Assembly: GCA_964016885.1 (NCBI GenBank)
Contig: OZ024749.1
Coordinates: 53,072,001-53,136,000, forward strand
From: Eledone cirrhosa
Taxonomy: Eukaryota
Length of the DNA: 64,000 bases
Direction: 5' to 3'
The notes below the pieces were generated by a model. The model worked only from the letters and a program-made list of their open reading frames with translations, made no database searches and was not told where the DNA came from. Made by a program: the position numbers and the translations under genes. This document shows, one piece after another, positions 40,040 through 53,250 of this stretch. Numbering within the stretch: position 1 is the first letter of the stretch; each line of letters opens with the position of its first letter.

Positions 40040-41441
40040 GCTATAGTATAGTGTGGTATGGTATAATGTTATGGCATGGTACAGTGTGGTATAGTATATA
40101 GTAGTATAATATGGTATGGTAAAGTATATTGTGGTATAGTATAGTGTGGTATATGTTATGATATAGTATAGTGTGGTATAGTATATAGTATAGTGTATGG
40201 TATAGTGTGGTATGTTGTACTCCTGACGGAGTCGTAGGGGTGCTGTAGTGGTACACGGCGTTTCTTGGGGTATTAAAGCCTGGCGGTCCCTTCTTTCCAG
40301 GTTATACGTGTAATGTATTTTAATGTATTCTCTAAAATGTGAATGAAATTATATAATAGACTAAGAAAAAGATCGTGGGGAGCGGGGGCTAGTCTTAACT
40401 AGACAAATGATATGTCATCTTAGTATAGCCCCACCCCACAACTTTGTCGTATTTTAGATATGTTGACATTGTTACTCACAGCTGTTACGTGTCCTTCACC
40501 TTTGGTGACGTCACTACAGTATATCAGTTGAAGACGGACGACACTGTTATGTCTGAATCTAACCAACAGTTTGGTTTTTCAGAGTTGGCTTGTCAGCCAT
40601 TAAGCTATGACAAACGTTTTTCGTTTAATTTTTTTCTCTTTTTTCTTTTTATATTCTCTTCTTCCCTTAAAAGGAAAGGAATGTATACACACAAAATTGT
40701 CTAATATTTACTGTTGGAGTTAATGGTCGTTACATCTTGGGCTTGTCTTTAAACAATCCAGTTAAAACTTTATAAATAGAGGGTCGTGCGAGCAACTCGT
40801 TAACTTTAAATTGCCCTACAATGTCCCCGTGAGAAAATGAGAAAAAAGACATTTTCTTTTTCAAAATAACTTGTCAAATTTTAGATTTATCAGTTGACAA
40901 TATATTAACTATGTCACTGAACTTTTGTTGTTAGTACAGGGATGTAGTTCTTTATTAAACTGGTTTCTCAATGATTAGTAAAAATGAACGAGACGCAGTT
41001 TATATCTGACAAGAAGAAAATGAAGGCAGGGTGTATGTGGTTGCGTGTGGTTGCGTGTGGTTGTGTGTGTGTGAGAGAGAGACGTCCGAACGAGTATCTT
41101 CCACCCCAACTTAACTTGACCCTCCACCTCTTGGTCCCGGTGGCCGACAGGGCGGAGAATACGTTGCACCCCATCCTCCCCGGCCCTCGGAGGACGGCGT
41201 GGGAGATGCACTGGAACAGCTCACTCCACCTTGCAGGGCTTTCTCGTACCTATGGGCAGCCATCTCCAATTACCATTGAATACACTGAAACTAGTGATTT
41301 CCAGCAGTTGGGACTAAGGAGATGGGATTGTCGGGAGACCATGTCTCATTCGCAAGGAAGGTTTTTATTTTTTTTATTTTTATACAGCTGGATCCCATTC
41401 CTAACACCAACCACTTTTACATTGTTTTTTTTTTTTTTTAG

Positions 41442-41593
41442 GTGGAATCAAAATATAATGAAGAAGTGGCATCAGAATGTCTGGTGTGGATTCATACCAT
41501 TTTAAAAGAGACAAACGACGATGAGGAATTTGATGTTTCTGGTGAGCGAACGAACTTCCAAAGTGTACTCGAAGATGGATTCATTTTAGCCAA
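41442..41593 (+). CDS. Myophilin/transgelin-like protein, exon 2 (start of the CH domain)
   Basis: Acceptor (t)n-ag|41442, donor 41593|gtaagc. Translates VESKYNEEVASECLVWIHTILKETNDDEEFDVSGERTNFQSVLEDGFILAK. Confidence 0.93.
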
Positions 41594-41661
41594 GTAAGCG
41601 TCTTTTAACCGAGTGTCTTTTAGGCTAAAGTACCAGTTCAGTACTGGGGAGATTATCTCCC

Positions 41662-42104
41662 CTCTCTCCCGTCTCTCTCTCTTCCTTCCCGTCTCTCTCT
41701 CTTCCTTCCCGTCTCTCTCTCTTCCTTCCCGTCTCTCTCTCTTCCTTCCCGTCTCTCTCTCTTCCTTCCCGTCTCTCTCTCTTCCTTCCCGTCTCTCTCT
41801 CTTCCTTCCCGTCTCTCTCTCTTCCTTCCCGTCTCTCTCTCTTCCTTCTCTCTCTTCCTTCTCTCTCTTCCTTCTCTCTCTTCCTTCTCTCTCTTCCTTC
41901 TCTCTCTTCCTTCTCTCTCTTCCTTCTCTCTCTTCCTTCTCTCTCTTCCGTCTCTCTCTCTCCTCTCTCTCTCTCCTCTCTCTCTCCCTTCTCTTTCTTT
42001 CTTTCTCTCTTTCTCTTTCTTTCTTTCTCTCTTTCTCTTTCTTTCTTTCTCTCTTTCTCTTTCTTTCTTTCTCTCTTTCTCTCTCGTCTCACTCTCTCTC
42101 TCTC
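41662..42104. repeat. Polypyrimidine minisatellite (20-bp ctctctctcttccttcccgt and derivatives)
   Basis: Direct inspection. Confidence 0.9.
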
Positions 42105-42532
42105 TAAGAAATCGGCTGTTGAGATATCTGAAGAAAGGATGGGCTCTGCTAAGTTAAGTGTTTAGGCTACGCCGTATGCCTTTACACTCCATCAGGAGTT
42201 ACGGGTCCATAGTTTTGTTACTTCATCTCCATGTGAAGGAAGGGAACACTTGTTGGCACTGACCCTAGGGACCGCTGAGTGCTGGAACGAATACCGCAAA
42301 TCCTTCTTTCCCACGTTTCCCGCGAGTCAGCTAAATCGCTGCCGTAAGAGTTTTGTAGTGTGAACCTGGAATATATTGTTTAAATCCGAGGTGATAAAGG
42401 GTTTGTTTGGCTATCACATAGTTTGGGGTTCTGTCTGACTGCAAGGGACATTGGGTGTTTTCTGACCAACACTTTCTATAGAATATAGTAGCCAGTCGGC
42501 AACTATATTCCACAGAATGTTTTTGTTATCTG

Positions 42533-42570
42533 TCCTAATATTTCGGGGCTAATATACCTTCATCAGAAGA
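42533..42570 (-). ncRNA. Degenerate minimal hammerhead motif
   Basis: Reverse strand reads TCTT-CTGATGA-A-GG(tatattagcc)CC-GAA-ATAT-T-AGGA; stem II is weak. Confidence 0.5.
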
Positions 42571-42801
42571 TTACAATAAGAAACTGGTTCGGAGCTTTGT
42601 GCTTTTGTTATAGACACGCCATCGAACTGTCTTTGTTTGCAAACGGTGGGTCTATTTATAGCTACCGGAAATAATGGGAGGATAACATCGTATGTGCGTG
42701 TGTGTGCTTTTGTAAGTGTGTTCCAAGGAATTTAAAATATTTCAAATTTTTTTTTTCTGAAGATTCGATTTTATTTGTAATTGCTTCAATTTTCTTTGTA
42801 G

Positions 42802-43015
42802 ACTAGTCAATGTACTACATCCTGGTTGTATCAGCAAGTCCAAATTTACAGCACGACCCAAAATGATATTTAAGAAAATGGAATTAATAGGACTTTTTCT
42901 TGATAAGGTATCTGCTTATGGCGTACAAGACCACGAACGATTTGCCACAATTGATCTAACTGAATCACAGAATCTTAATCAAGTTGTTATTTGTTTACAA
43001 TCCTTAGGCCGAAAG
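42802..43015 (+). CDS. Myophilin/transgelin-like protein, exon 3 (CH domain)
   Basis: Acceptor ttgtag|42802, donor 43015|gtgagt. Translates LVNVLHPGCISKSKFTARPKMIFKKMELIGLFLDKVSAYGVQDHERFATIDLTESQNLNQVVICLQSLGRK. Confidence 0.95.
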
Positions 43016-43342
43016 GTGAGTTTCTCTTTATTGACAGAAATATTTCTTCTTCTTTGCCCACTTATTGCTGAGAGGGTCATGGAGGACAGTCCACCAACAC
43101 TCCCTCCAACAGGTCCATTCAGAAGCAACTGTCCCCAACTGATCCGTCTGGATCCCCAAGCATGATCAGCCAAGTTCATGGATGTTATCCAACCCTCTTG
43201 CTTGAGGTCTACCCCTGGGTCTCCTGCCTGTTGGTTTTGCCCATAAAATCTAACCAGCGATTCTGTTCTGGGACATTCTAACCACATGTCCATAGTATCG
43301 GGCAAAACCAAAATTGCTGTCTTTGCTTATTATTGTGGAGGC

Positions 43343-44500
43343 ATATATACTATTGTATTGTCACAGTAAAGGCTTTACCTCACATAATATCTCCCATAAC
43401 ATTTACATTACTCTATATATACTATTGTATTTTCACAGTAAAGGCTTTACCTCGCATAATATCCCACATAACATTTACATTACTCTATATATACTATTGT
43501 ATTGTCACAGTAAAGGCTTTACCTCACATAATATCTCACATAACATTTACATTACTCTATATATACTATTGTATTGTCACAGTAAAGGCTTTACCTCACA
43601 TAATATCCCACATAACATTTACATTACTCTATATATACTATTGTATTGTCACAGTAAAGGCTTTACCTCACATAATATCTCACATAACATTTACATTACT
43701 CTATATATACTATTGTATTTTCACAGTAAAGGCTTTACCTCACATAATATCTCACATAACATTTACATTACTCTATATATACTATTGTATTTTCACAGTA
43801 AAGGCTTTACCTCACATAATATCTCGCATAACATTTACATTACTCTATATATACTATTGTATTTTCACAGTAAAGGCTTTACCTCACATAATATCTCACA
43901 TAACATTTACATTACTCTATATATACTATTATATTTTCACAGTAAAGGCTTTACCTCACATAATATCTCGCATAACATTTACATTACTCTATATATACTA
44001 TTGTATTTTCACAGTAAAGGCTTTACCTCACATAATATCTCACATAACATTTACATTACTCTATATATACTATTGTATTTTCACAAAGGCTTTACCTCAC
44101 ATAATATCTCACATAACATTTACATTACTCTATATATACTATTGTATTTTCACAAAGGCTTTATCTCGCATAACATTTACATTACTCTATATATACTATT
44201 GTATTTTCACAAAGGCTTTATCTCACATAACATTTACATTACTCTATATATACTATTGTATTTTCACAAAGGCTTTATCTCGCATAACATTTACATTACT
44301 CTATATATACTATTGTATTTTCACAAAGGCTTTATCTCGCATATTCATCTCGCATAACATTTACATTACTCTATATATACTATTGTATTTTCACAGTAAA
44401 GGCTTTATCTCGCATATTCATCTCGCATAACATTTACATTACTCTATATATACTATTGTATTTTTGTGGTAAAGGCTTTATCTCGCATAATCTCACATAA
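43343..44500. repeat. 72-bp minisatellite (about 16 units, shorter toward the 3' end) in intron 3
   Basis: cacagtaaaggctttacctcacataatatctcacataacatttacattactctatatatactattgtatttt repeated. Confidence 0.95.
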
Positions 44501-44752
44501 AATCGAATCTACGAGATTTTGATATTATTTACTTTGAGAACAATACCTTAACATCACTATAAGCGGCTGGTTACATCCAGTTTGAACAGAAATAGATGAG
44601 AGAATTCTGGCCAGATATGGCCGGTTTAAATGTTAAAGGGTTAAACATTATCTTGAACAGATTTCACATCAATGCTAGATAAAATTATTCTTTGGTTAAA
44701 TATTTTAAAGAATTAACACATTTTAAACTTTATTTTCTTTAAATTTTTGTAG

Positions 44753-44929
44753 GCTGGTGCCAAAGGACATGTTGGTTTGGGACCACAAGAAGCTGAAGCT
44801 AATATTAGGAACTTTACTGAAGAACAAATGAAAGCTGGTAACAACATTATCAGTCTTCAGTACGGTACCAATAAAGGAGCATCACAAGCTGGAATGAATT
44901 TTGGAAAAACCCGTACGATCCTTGATTAA
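44753..44929 (+). CDS. Myophilin/transgelin-like protein, exon 4 (calponin repeat and stop)
   Basis: Acceptor ttgtag|44753. Translates AGAKGHVGLGPQEAEANIRNFTEEQMKAGNNIISLQYGTNKGASQAGMNFGKTRTILD-TAA with the calponin-family repeat ISLQYGTNKGASQAGM. The four exons sum to 594 nt, i.e. 197 aa plus stop. Confidence 0.96.
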   Translation, partial: AGAKGHVGLGPQEAEANIRNFTEEQMKAGNNIISLQYGTNKGASQAGMNFGKTRTILD

Positions 44930-45360
44930 ATTTCAACATTTGTTTTGCGTCGAAAGATTAAAAAAAACAAACAAAACAAAAACAACAAAAGCTCAATTAA
45001 AACTTAAACTTAAAACTTTCTCTTCGTGGTTCATTTTGGTCGTCACAATATTAAATACCATTGTGAATCTTACAGGTTTGTTATCGAAGGTAAGGTACCA
45101 TCGACTACATGGTGATCTTTTATACCAACCTGACTGCTGTAGAGGCTTCAATTATTTAAGGTTTTATATCCTTAAGGAAATAACTAAATCGTTTTGATGA
45201 AATTTGAAATGTTGACTTCAAATGAGTTTGTCGGCAACATATTCTTCTCCATTCCTTCATAGTGAATAAGGACTGATGGAGTTACCTAAGCCAAAGTCTC
45301 AATCACACCATTCTTCAAGATAAATGGACATCAAACATTCCTGTTTACTGAAAATTTATT

Positions 45361-45366
45361 AATAAA
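45361..45366 (+). terminator. Candidate polyadenylation signal of the myophilin-like gene
   Basis: AATAAA about 430 nt after the stop codon. Confidence 0.55.
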
Positions 45367-45539
45367 ATTTCTAAAAAGTCATCACTGGTTTCATTATTGA
45401 TTTCTATTAAGTTTGCTGCTAACATTTGACTTGATATGGGCAGGGGTAGGGACCGAAATAGCCTGAGGGGATCACCCCTACTCTAGGTGAGAAACAAGGG
45501 AGGAATTATGTCTATTTGTACCTAATATTCCTTGTGGAG

Positions 45540-45660
45540 ATCAATATATGAGGTTTGGTACATGGAATATTGGGATGACAAGGAGATTGGGAGATGTAAT
45601 AGACTCTAACTAGAAGAGATGTTGTCTTGGAGACGCGATGGAAAGGGTGTGGTGGGAGTA
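45540..45660 (+). mobile_element. Degenerate N-terminal AP-endonuclease fragment of an RTE LINE
   Basis: Reads RFGTWNIG.MT...GDVID...CC..ETRWKG across frameshifts, resembling the APE motifs TWN and ETRW. Confidence 0.55.
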
Positions 45661-46030
45661 TGGTACATGGTGTTGGTGTCTTGTGTGAGTGACTGGAGTG
45701 TGACTAGTGACCAGATTGGTGAGTTTGGCTAGTGGTGAGTGACTAGTGAGTGATTTGAATGTAACTAGTGGGAATGAGTGAGTGTCTGTGACTTGAGTGT
45801 GGCTAGATTGTTGAGTGACTAGACTGAGTCACTTGAGTGTGGCTAGAGTGAGTGACTCGAGTGTGGTTAGATTGCTGAGTTTGACTAGTGGTGAGTGTGG
45901 CTAGAGTGCTCTACCAACTTTGGAGATTTAGTACAATATTGACTCACTCTCTCTCAAAGTGACGAGTATGGCCATTTCTCAACTGAGTATTGTGAAAGGA
46001 AAACCCACCAGCAACATTTTTAGGGGATTA

Positions 46031-46089
<59 letters not shown>

Positions 46090-46241
46090 GCATTATATAT
46101 GTGTTTGTGTGTGTATGTATATATGTTTGTGTGTGTATGTATATATGTTTGTGTGTGTATGTATATATGTTTGTGTGTGTGTGTATGTATATATTTGTTT
46201 ATGTGCGTATGTATATATGTTTGTGTGCGTATGTATATGTT

Positions 46242-46273
<32 letters not shown>

Positions 46274-46276
46274 CAT

Positions 46277-46313
<37 letters not shown>

Positions 46314-47509
46314 GAGGTCGTGTAGGTGTCATGACAAAAAAACAGTAAAAACCTCCCAGTCCACACTGTAAACGTGGTTGGTGTTAGGAAGGGCATCCAG
46401 CCGTAGAAAACCCGCCAAACAGTCCTATACGAGCAAGACAACCAATCTTGCCTCAAGTGGGAAAATTCCCGTCCAAACCCATGCTAGCGTGGAAGATGGC
46501 CGTTAAATGATGATGAATATATCAGGGGATTATCTTCGTTTTCTATTTTACAAGTTGCTTTTTTTTTTCTTTTTCCGACGATTCAAATTGTGTTGAAATT
46601 TTCTTTTTCTATTTTTCATAAAAAAAAAAAATTCTTTCGGCATTTCGTGATATTACTTCTTGTTAGGTATATCTGTGAAATATGCTATTAAAACATTAAT
46701 CTGCCAAGGAGGACTGCTGTGGTAAGCCTAAGAGGAAGAATGCCATGTCGACATTCAAGGAGTGGAAACAGTTATTTAAAAAAAAACAACAAAAAAAAAA
46801 CAAAACCCGCCAACCTTTTTAAAAGTTTGTCACATCTTTGACATTCCTATCTGTTTTGTAATTTTGTATTTCTATTATTACAATAAAACCCTTTGTGAAG
46901 ACATGGAAGAAGATTTGAATTTATGAGCCAGTGGCTATAGTCTTACCTAGTATGTGTTGTTCTCTCGCTACCGCCCATCTCTCTCTCTTTCACTCACGAC
47001 CTCCATCTCTCTCTCTTTCACTCCCCCCCCCCCCCCACCTCTCACTATCGTATGTAAATGGGAGCCCATGCAAAATTAAACCCTCTGTGTGGAAGGGGGC
47101 ATGAGGTGTTGAAGGAAGGAAAACATCATTTACGTTGTAAACATTTATTATCCTAGGGTCTCCAATAATCGTCCCCGCCCCTCACTTATTAATTTTTCAG
47201 ATTTATTTCTACCCCTCCCCCTGCTTTTATTTCTCCTCCTCTGCTTATTAATTTTTTGCTAATCTATCTCTAGCGAAATTTTATTTTAAGTGGTAGCATT
47301 CCTGCGACAATTTTCTTTATACAGTAAAAGATATTACGTATGGAAACAAAAAAACAAAAACATTACAAGAAATCCCATATGTTATAAAATAAATAAGATG
47401 GGATGGGGTATCAATATGTAAACTAAACGACTAATTCTGGTTTTTAAAACAAATCAAGAGAGACAACCGAGAAAAAGTGTTCCAGTTGATACGATCAATG
47501 GAATAACAA

Positions 47510-47775
47510 GTTAAATTAATGTGCAAGTGGCTGAACATTCCAAAAACAGACACTAACTCTTAACGTAGTTCTCAGGAAGATTCAGTCAGCGTGACATGGT
47601 ATGTGACAAGGATGGCCTTTCGAAATTACAGGTACAACTCATTTTTTCCAGCTGAGTTGCCTGGAGGAACGAGAAATAAAGTGTCTTGCTCAAGGACACA
47701 ACGTGCCACTGGAAATCGAACCCATGACCTTAGGATCATCAGCCGGGTACCTCTAACCACAAAGCCACGCGGCTC
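47510..47775 (-). mobile_element. Second SINE family (core gtgtccttgagcaagacacttt)
   Basis: Reverse copy; other copies at 50085-50295 (-), 50596-50800 (+), 53968-54150 (+), 54340-54530 (-) and 58132-58275 (+). Confidence 0.8.
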
Positions 47776-48216
47776 CACCTCAGCTATATTAGCATAGATA
47801 TAACAGTATGATGTGACCCAGGTCATTATAATTACGTGGTTTCACATATTTTCAAGTAGGTAATTCACTTAAAAACTGTTTTTAAAACACTGCTCTTGGG
47901 TTATTTATGATAAATAATAATAATTGTTTCTACTTTTGGCACGAGGCCAGCAATTATCTCGGTGTATTACTTTGCCTTTCATCCTTACGGGGGTCGATAA
48001 AATAAAGTACCAGTAATACACTGAGGTAATTGCTGGCCTTGTGCCAAAAGTAGAAACAATTATATTATTTATAATAAATAATATAATAAACCTCGGATCT
48101 AATCTGAACATTGATCAACCGAAACAAAAATCGTTGAACAGCTAAAAATATAGTTTCAACTATCGACATATTTGAACCTGCTACATTAAATATTACGTCT
48201 CATATAACACTATATA

Positions 48217-48605
48217 ATAATTGTTTCTACTATTGGCACAAGGCCAGCAATTACCTCAGTGCATTACTGGTACTTTATTTTATCGACCCCGTAAGGATGA
48301 AAGGCAAAGTTAACCTCTGCGGGATTTGAACTCGGAGTTTAAAGGGCCGTAACTCTATGCAGCAAAGCATGGCGCCGACCCTCTGCCAATAACTACAATA
48401 ATACACCATTTATTACTGCTACTGTGGTCGTGTTGGCAGTATCAGTAGAGTCGGACGCCATGCTTTGCAGCATAGAGTTACGTCCCTTTATGGTCTGAGT
48501 TCAAATCCTGCCGAGGTTAACTTTGTCTTTCATCCTTACGGGGTCGATAAAATAAAGTACCAGTAATGCACTGGGATAATTGCTGGCCTTGTGCCAAAAC
48601 TAAAA
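48217..48605. mobile_element. Closely spaced inverted SINE pair (- 48217-48390, + 48430-48605)
   Basis: Two near-complete copies head to head, about 40 bp apart. Confidence 0.85.
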
Positions 48606-48762
48606 AGTTATTGAATATTGTTTTACAATGCATGTTGATCATATAAGACTCACAACAGAGTCAATAGACAGAGAGGGAGAAAAGGGGAGTGATATATATA
48701 GAAAGGGAGAAAGAGGGACAGAGAGAGATAGACAAATAGATAGAGAGGAGAGAGAGAGCAAC

Positions 48763-48797
<35 letters not shown>

Positions 48798-49108
48798 AGA
48801 GAGAGAGAGCAACTCTTATATATATATGTGAGAGAGAGAGCAACTCTTATATATATATATATGAGAGAGAGAGAATGTATTCATAAGCACCATCCTTACA
48901 AACCACACCACTTATCAGGCTCTTAATACATTTAGGAGCTAAAGTCTGATAGGCAACTAACTTGTTAGCGACTGTCGTTTAATCATTAAGTGTCAACAAG
49001 AGGCTTTAGGAAACAATTTAAAAAGGAAACCAACGCCTTGTACTTTCAATAGAAATATTCACTTATAAAGAAGTATGTTTTATATATTTTAAATGGTGGT
49101 AGTGGTAG

Positions 49109-49616
49109 ATTTTACCCACAAAGCTTACACATTCTTCATAACTAACCATCCATATTGAAAACTTTATTTGTCTAAAGTTCTCCCACCCTATACACCATTT
49201 CCAAATCTTTTACATCAGAGCGGTGAGTTGGTAGAATCGTTAGAAGTTCAGATAGAAGTCTTTGTGGTATTCCTGGCATACATTCCAGTTATCTAAACTC
49301 TGCCGTTTAATCATTGAGTGTCAACAAGTGGCTTTAATCGTTAGAAAACAATTTACAAAGGAAACCAACGCCTTGTAGATTCAATTGAAATATTTTGATG
49401 TAAAGAAGTTTGTTTTATTTATTTTAAATAGAGAGTGGATTTTAAATAGAGCGTGAATTAGTAGAGTTGTTAGAGACGTCTGATAGAATGTTTTGTGATA
49501 TTTGTTCCGGCTTTCTGAGCTCTCTGAGTTCAAATCTCACCCGAGATCAACTTAGACTTTTATCCTTTCGAGGTCGATAGAAAAAAAAGTACGCGTTCAG
49601 TACTGGGGTCCATTCT
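49109..49616 (+). repeat. Second copy of the 7308-7819 segment
   Basis: Near-identical sequence to 7308-7819. Confidence 0.9.
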
Positions 49617-51544
49617 CTTGTTCTTCTTCTGCCAGATGCAGCTGAGATATATTCCCTGCAATTGCGGCGTACAGTCTGTCACCCCTTCCACTTTCGCCGT
49701 TTGATCCTTCCCATTTTTCTTTCTTTATTTTATTCTACTTTAAAAAGAGATAGTCACCTTTCTTTAGTAGTAGCTTGCTATAATTAGTTGTAATATCTGA
49801 GCAACAATACGTTAATGTGGTCTTGTTACTTTTTCCGGGTAGAAATAAGACTGAAGGATTTTTAGATTAGGAGGATCGGGTTTAAGTCTTTCAAACATTT
49901 CCGGAAGATGATTACGAGAATCGTTAGAACATAGGGACAAACTGTTTAGCAGTATTTAACTACTTACGACAACTTAACGTTCTGAGTTCAATTCCGACCG
50001 GGGTTTTCAAGTAGTGGGTGGTTTATAAACCCATTTTTAGGTCGACCGACAAAATCCCAGACCTCATTCACTTACCGAGTGAGATGGAACTCGTCAGATC
50101 GGACCAAGAAACAATGTTTCCATTGGTTGGTCTTTCCATTACTAACATTATAGGTCTACCGGTCGCAACTCCTGGCAGAAAAAAACATGAAATAATGTTT
50201 CTTGTTCAAGGACATAACGCACCACCCGCCCCTGGAATCGAACTCGCATTCCCACGATTGCGAATCCAATTCTCTAACTACTAAGTCACGCCCCTTCACA
50301 TATATACATATAGGGCATTCTAGATGTGAATGGGATTACGATATAATGCTTTCTGATTTAGACACAAGGCCGACAATTTGGTGGCGGGGATTTGATTAAA
50401 TCGACACCAGTGCATTACCGGTACTTTATTTTATCACCAACCCCGCAAGGATAAAAAGCAAAGCTAGCATCACCATGATTTGAACACTGAACTTAAAAAG
50501 ACGCAACCATATAAAGCAAAACAAAATGTTGTTCGACACTCTACTGATTACTGCTAAGCCACCGTCCTGAATTACGATATAAATAGAAGACACATGAAGG
50601 CGTAAAGCTGAGTGGTTAGAGAATTGGATTCGCAATCGTGGGGTTGTGAGTTCGATTCCCGGACCGAGCGATGTGTTATGTCCTTGAGCAAGACACTTTA
50701 TTTCACGTTGCTCCTTCTACCTGGAGTTACGACCGATAGATAGTATTAACAATTGGAAAGACTAATGGAAACATTGTTTCCTCGGTCCGATTTAACGAAA
50801 GTCTATCGACTGTCGATAGAAGACAAAACAAGCCAAGACAAGATTAAACTTAAAAGTGTCGCAATGAGAGTTAAATAATTACGACTTGGGATAGGAAACG
50901 GAGCCATGAGCTCATTTTTGCTAGGAGCACAAATAAACTTCGTAAATAATTATCTAGCCATTTAAAATATCTGTGTAACTAATTATTTGTATTTCACAAT
51001 TAATTGCCAAAAAATGTTTCTCTTTTAGCAATTATTTTCTAACATCGACATGACACTTGAGATCAACACACAAACACACTGAGTCTGTTTGTCTGTATCT
51101 ATATCTCTCTCCCTCACCCTATCTATCTATCTATATATCTATCTATCTATCTATCTATTTATCTGTCTACATTTTTGGTGTACCCACCCAACGTTTATTT
51201 TACAATTAAGGGAGTTAATTTAAACACCCTTCCTGCCTATTCTACTCGTTCACATCCATACTCTTTCTTCTTCACCACTTACTTTACCACTTTACTCCAC
51301 CTTCGCCTCCTTCACATTAATCTTCTGATGTTTTGCTTCCAAACATCCTCACCCTTTCACATATTCATCATCACCTCAGTCTATCCCTACTCTCTGTTAT
51401 TAACACCAAGTCATCTGTCTACAGCAACGCCCATAATAAACCAAGACTTGTCAACTCTCCCCGTCCGATGGGGAGATCTCCCACCCACTTTGGGGTGGGT
51501 GAGAGATGTCTTCTCTTGTGAGAATTGGTGTAGCTTTCATTATC

Positions 51545-52455
51545 GGTGGATTGGCAGTATCGGTAGAGCGTCGGACGCCATGCTTTGACGTATAGAGTTA
51601 CGGCCCTTGTCATTCTGAGTTCAAATCCCGGCGAGGTTAACTTTGCCTTTCATCCTTACGGGGTCGATAAAATAAAGTACCAGTATAATTGCTGGCCTTG
51701 TGCCTAAAGTAGAAACAATTATGTAAAAATCTTCTCCTCTTGCCATATTTCTCACCGTTTAGGGGATTTTAGAGGTTGGCAGATCTGTAAACCCTCCTTT
51801 AAACTTCGGGCCAGTACCTGCATCATAATTACAAACGGTAGTGGGCTTAATAGTGGTCCCTGATGCACTCCAACCTTTACTTCAAACCCATCACTGTTCT
51901 CGTCCACCGAACCAACTATGTGTTCAAGTCCCACCAAGGTTAACTTTGCCTTTCATCCTTACGGAGGGTCGATATAATAAAATACCAGTAACGTACTGGA
52001 GTCGATTTAATCGACTTTTCCCGCCCCCTACTTTAATCAGATTTATTTAATAATTGATTTTACTTCAGGCACAAGGCCAGAAATTTGAAGGGTAGGGAAA
52101 AGTCGATTAAATCAACCTCAGTGCATTACTGGTACTTTATTTATCGACCCTGTAAGGATGAAAGGCAAAGATAACCATTATTTAATAATTGTTTCTACTT
52201 TTGGCTCAAGGCCAGCAAATACTCAGTGCATTACTGGTACTTTATTTTATCGACCCCGTATTGATGAAAGGCAAAGTTAACCTCGGCGGGATTTGAACCC
52301 AGACCGTAAAGGGCCGTCACTCGATGTTGGAAAGCATGACGTCCGACCCTCCACCGATGCTGCCAATCCACCGCCCTTTGAACTAATAATTGTTTCTACT
52401 TTTGGCACAAGGCCAGCAATTACCCAGTGTATTACTGGTACTTTATTTTATCAAC
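51545..52455. mobile_element. SINE cluster with an embedded RTE reverse-transcriptase fragment (51790-51925, -)
   Basis: Multiple SINE cores on both strands; the minus frame FEVKVGVHQGPLLSPLPFVIMM matches the RT motif GVHQG..LSP. Confidence 0.8.
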
Positions 52456-52692
52456 CCTTCAAGACAGATACAGGTGACAACTGCAGGTATATTTCTATCA
52501 TGGCTAGACATACTCAGCTAAGCATAGCTTTATTTCTCTATGGTGCCAGCCAAATCGTCATATTCTTCTTCTTCTAAACTAAATTCCTCAAGAAATGTTA
52601 TCAGTGCCACCTCCCTCTTCTGCAGTAGGTGATGACAGCTGAATTCTAAATCACAACCTTATATTATACTTTACTTAACTCTAAACTACACT

Positions 52693-53250
<558 letters not shown>

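Noticed and set aside
43314-44430. 347-aa and 365-aa repeat-protein ORFs
   Set aside because: They arise from a 72-bp intronic minisatellite that is open in two frames by chance and lies within intron 3 of the myophilin-like gene.
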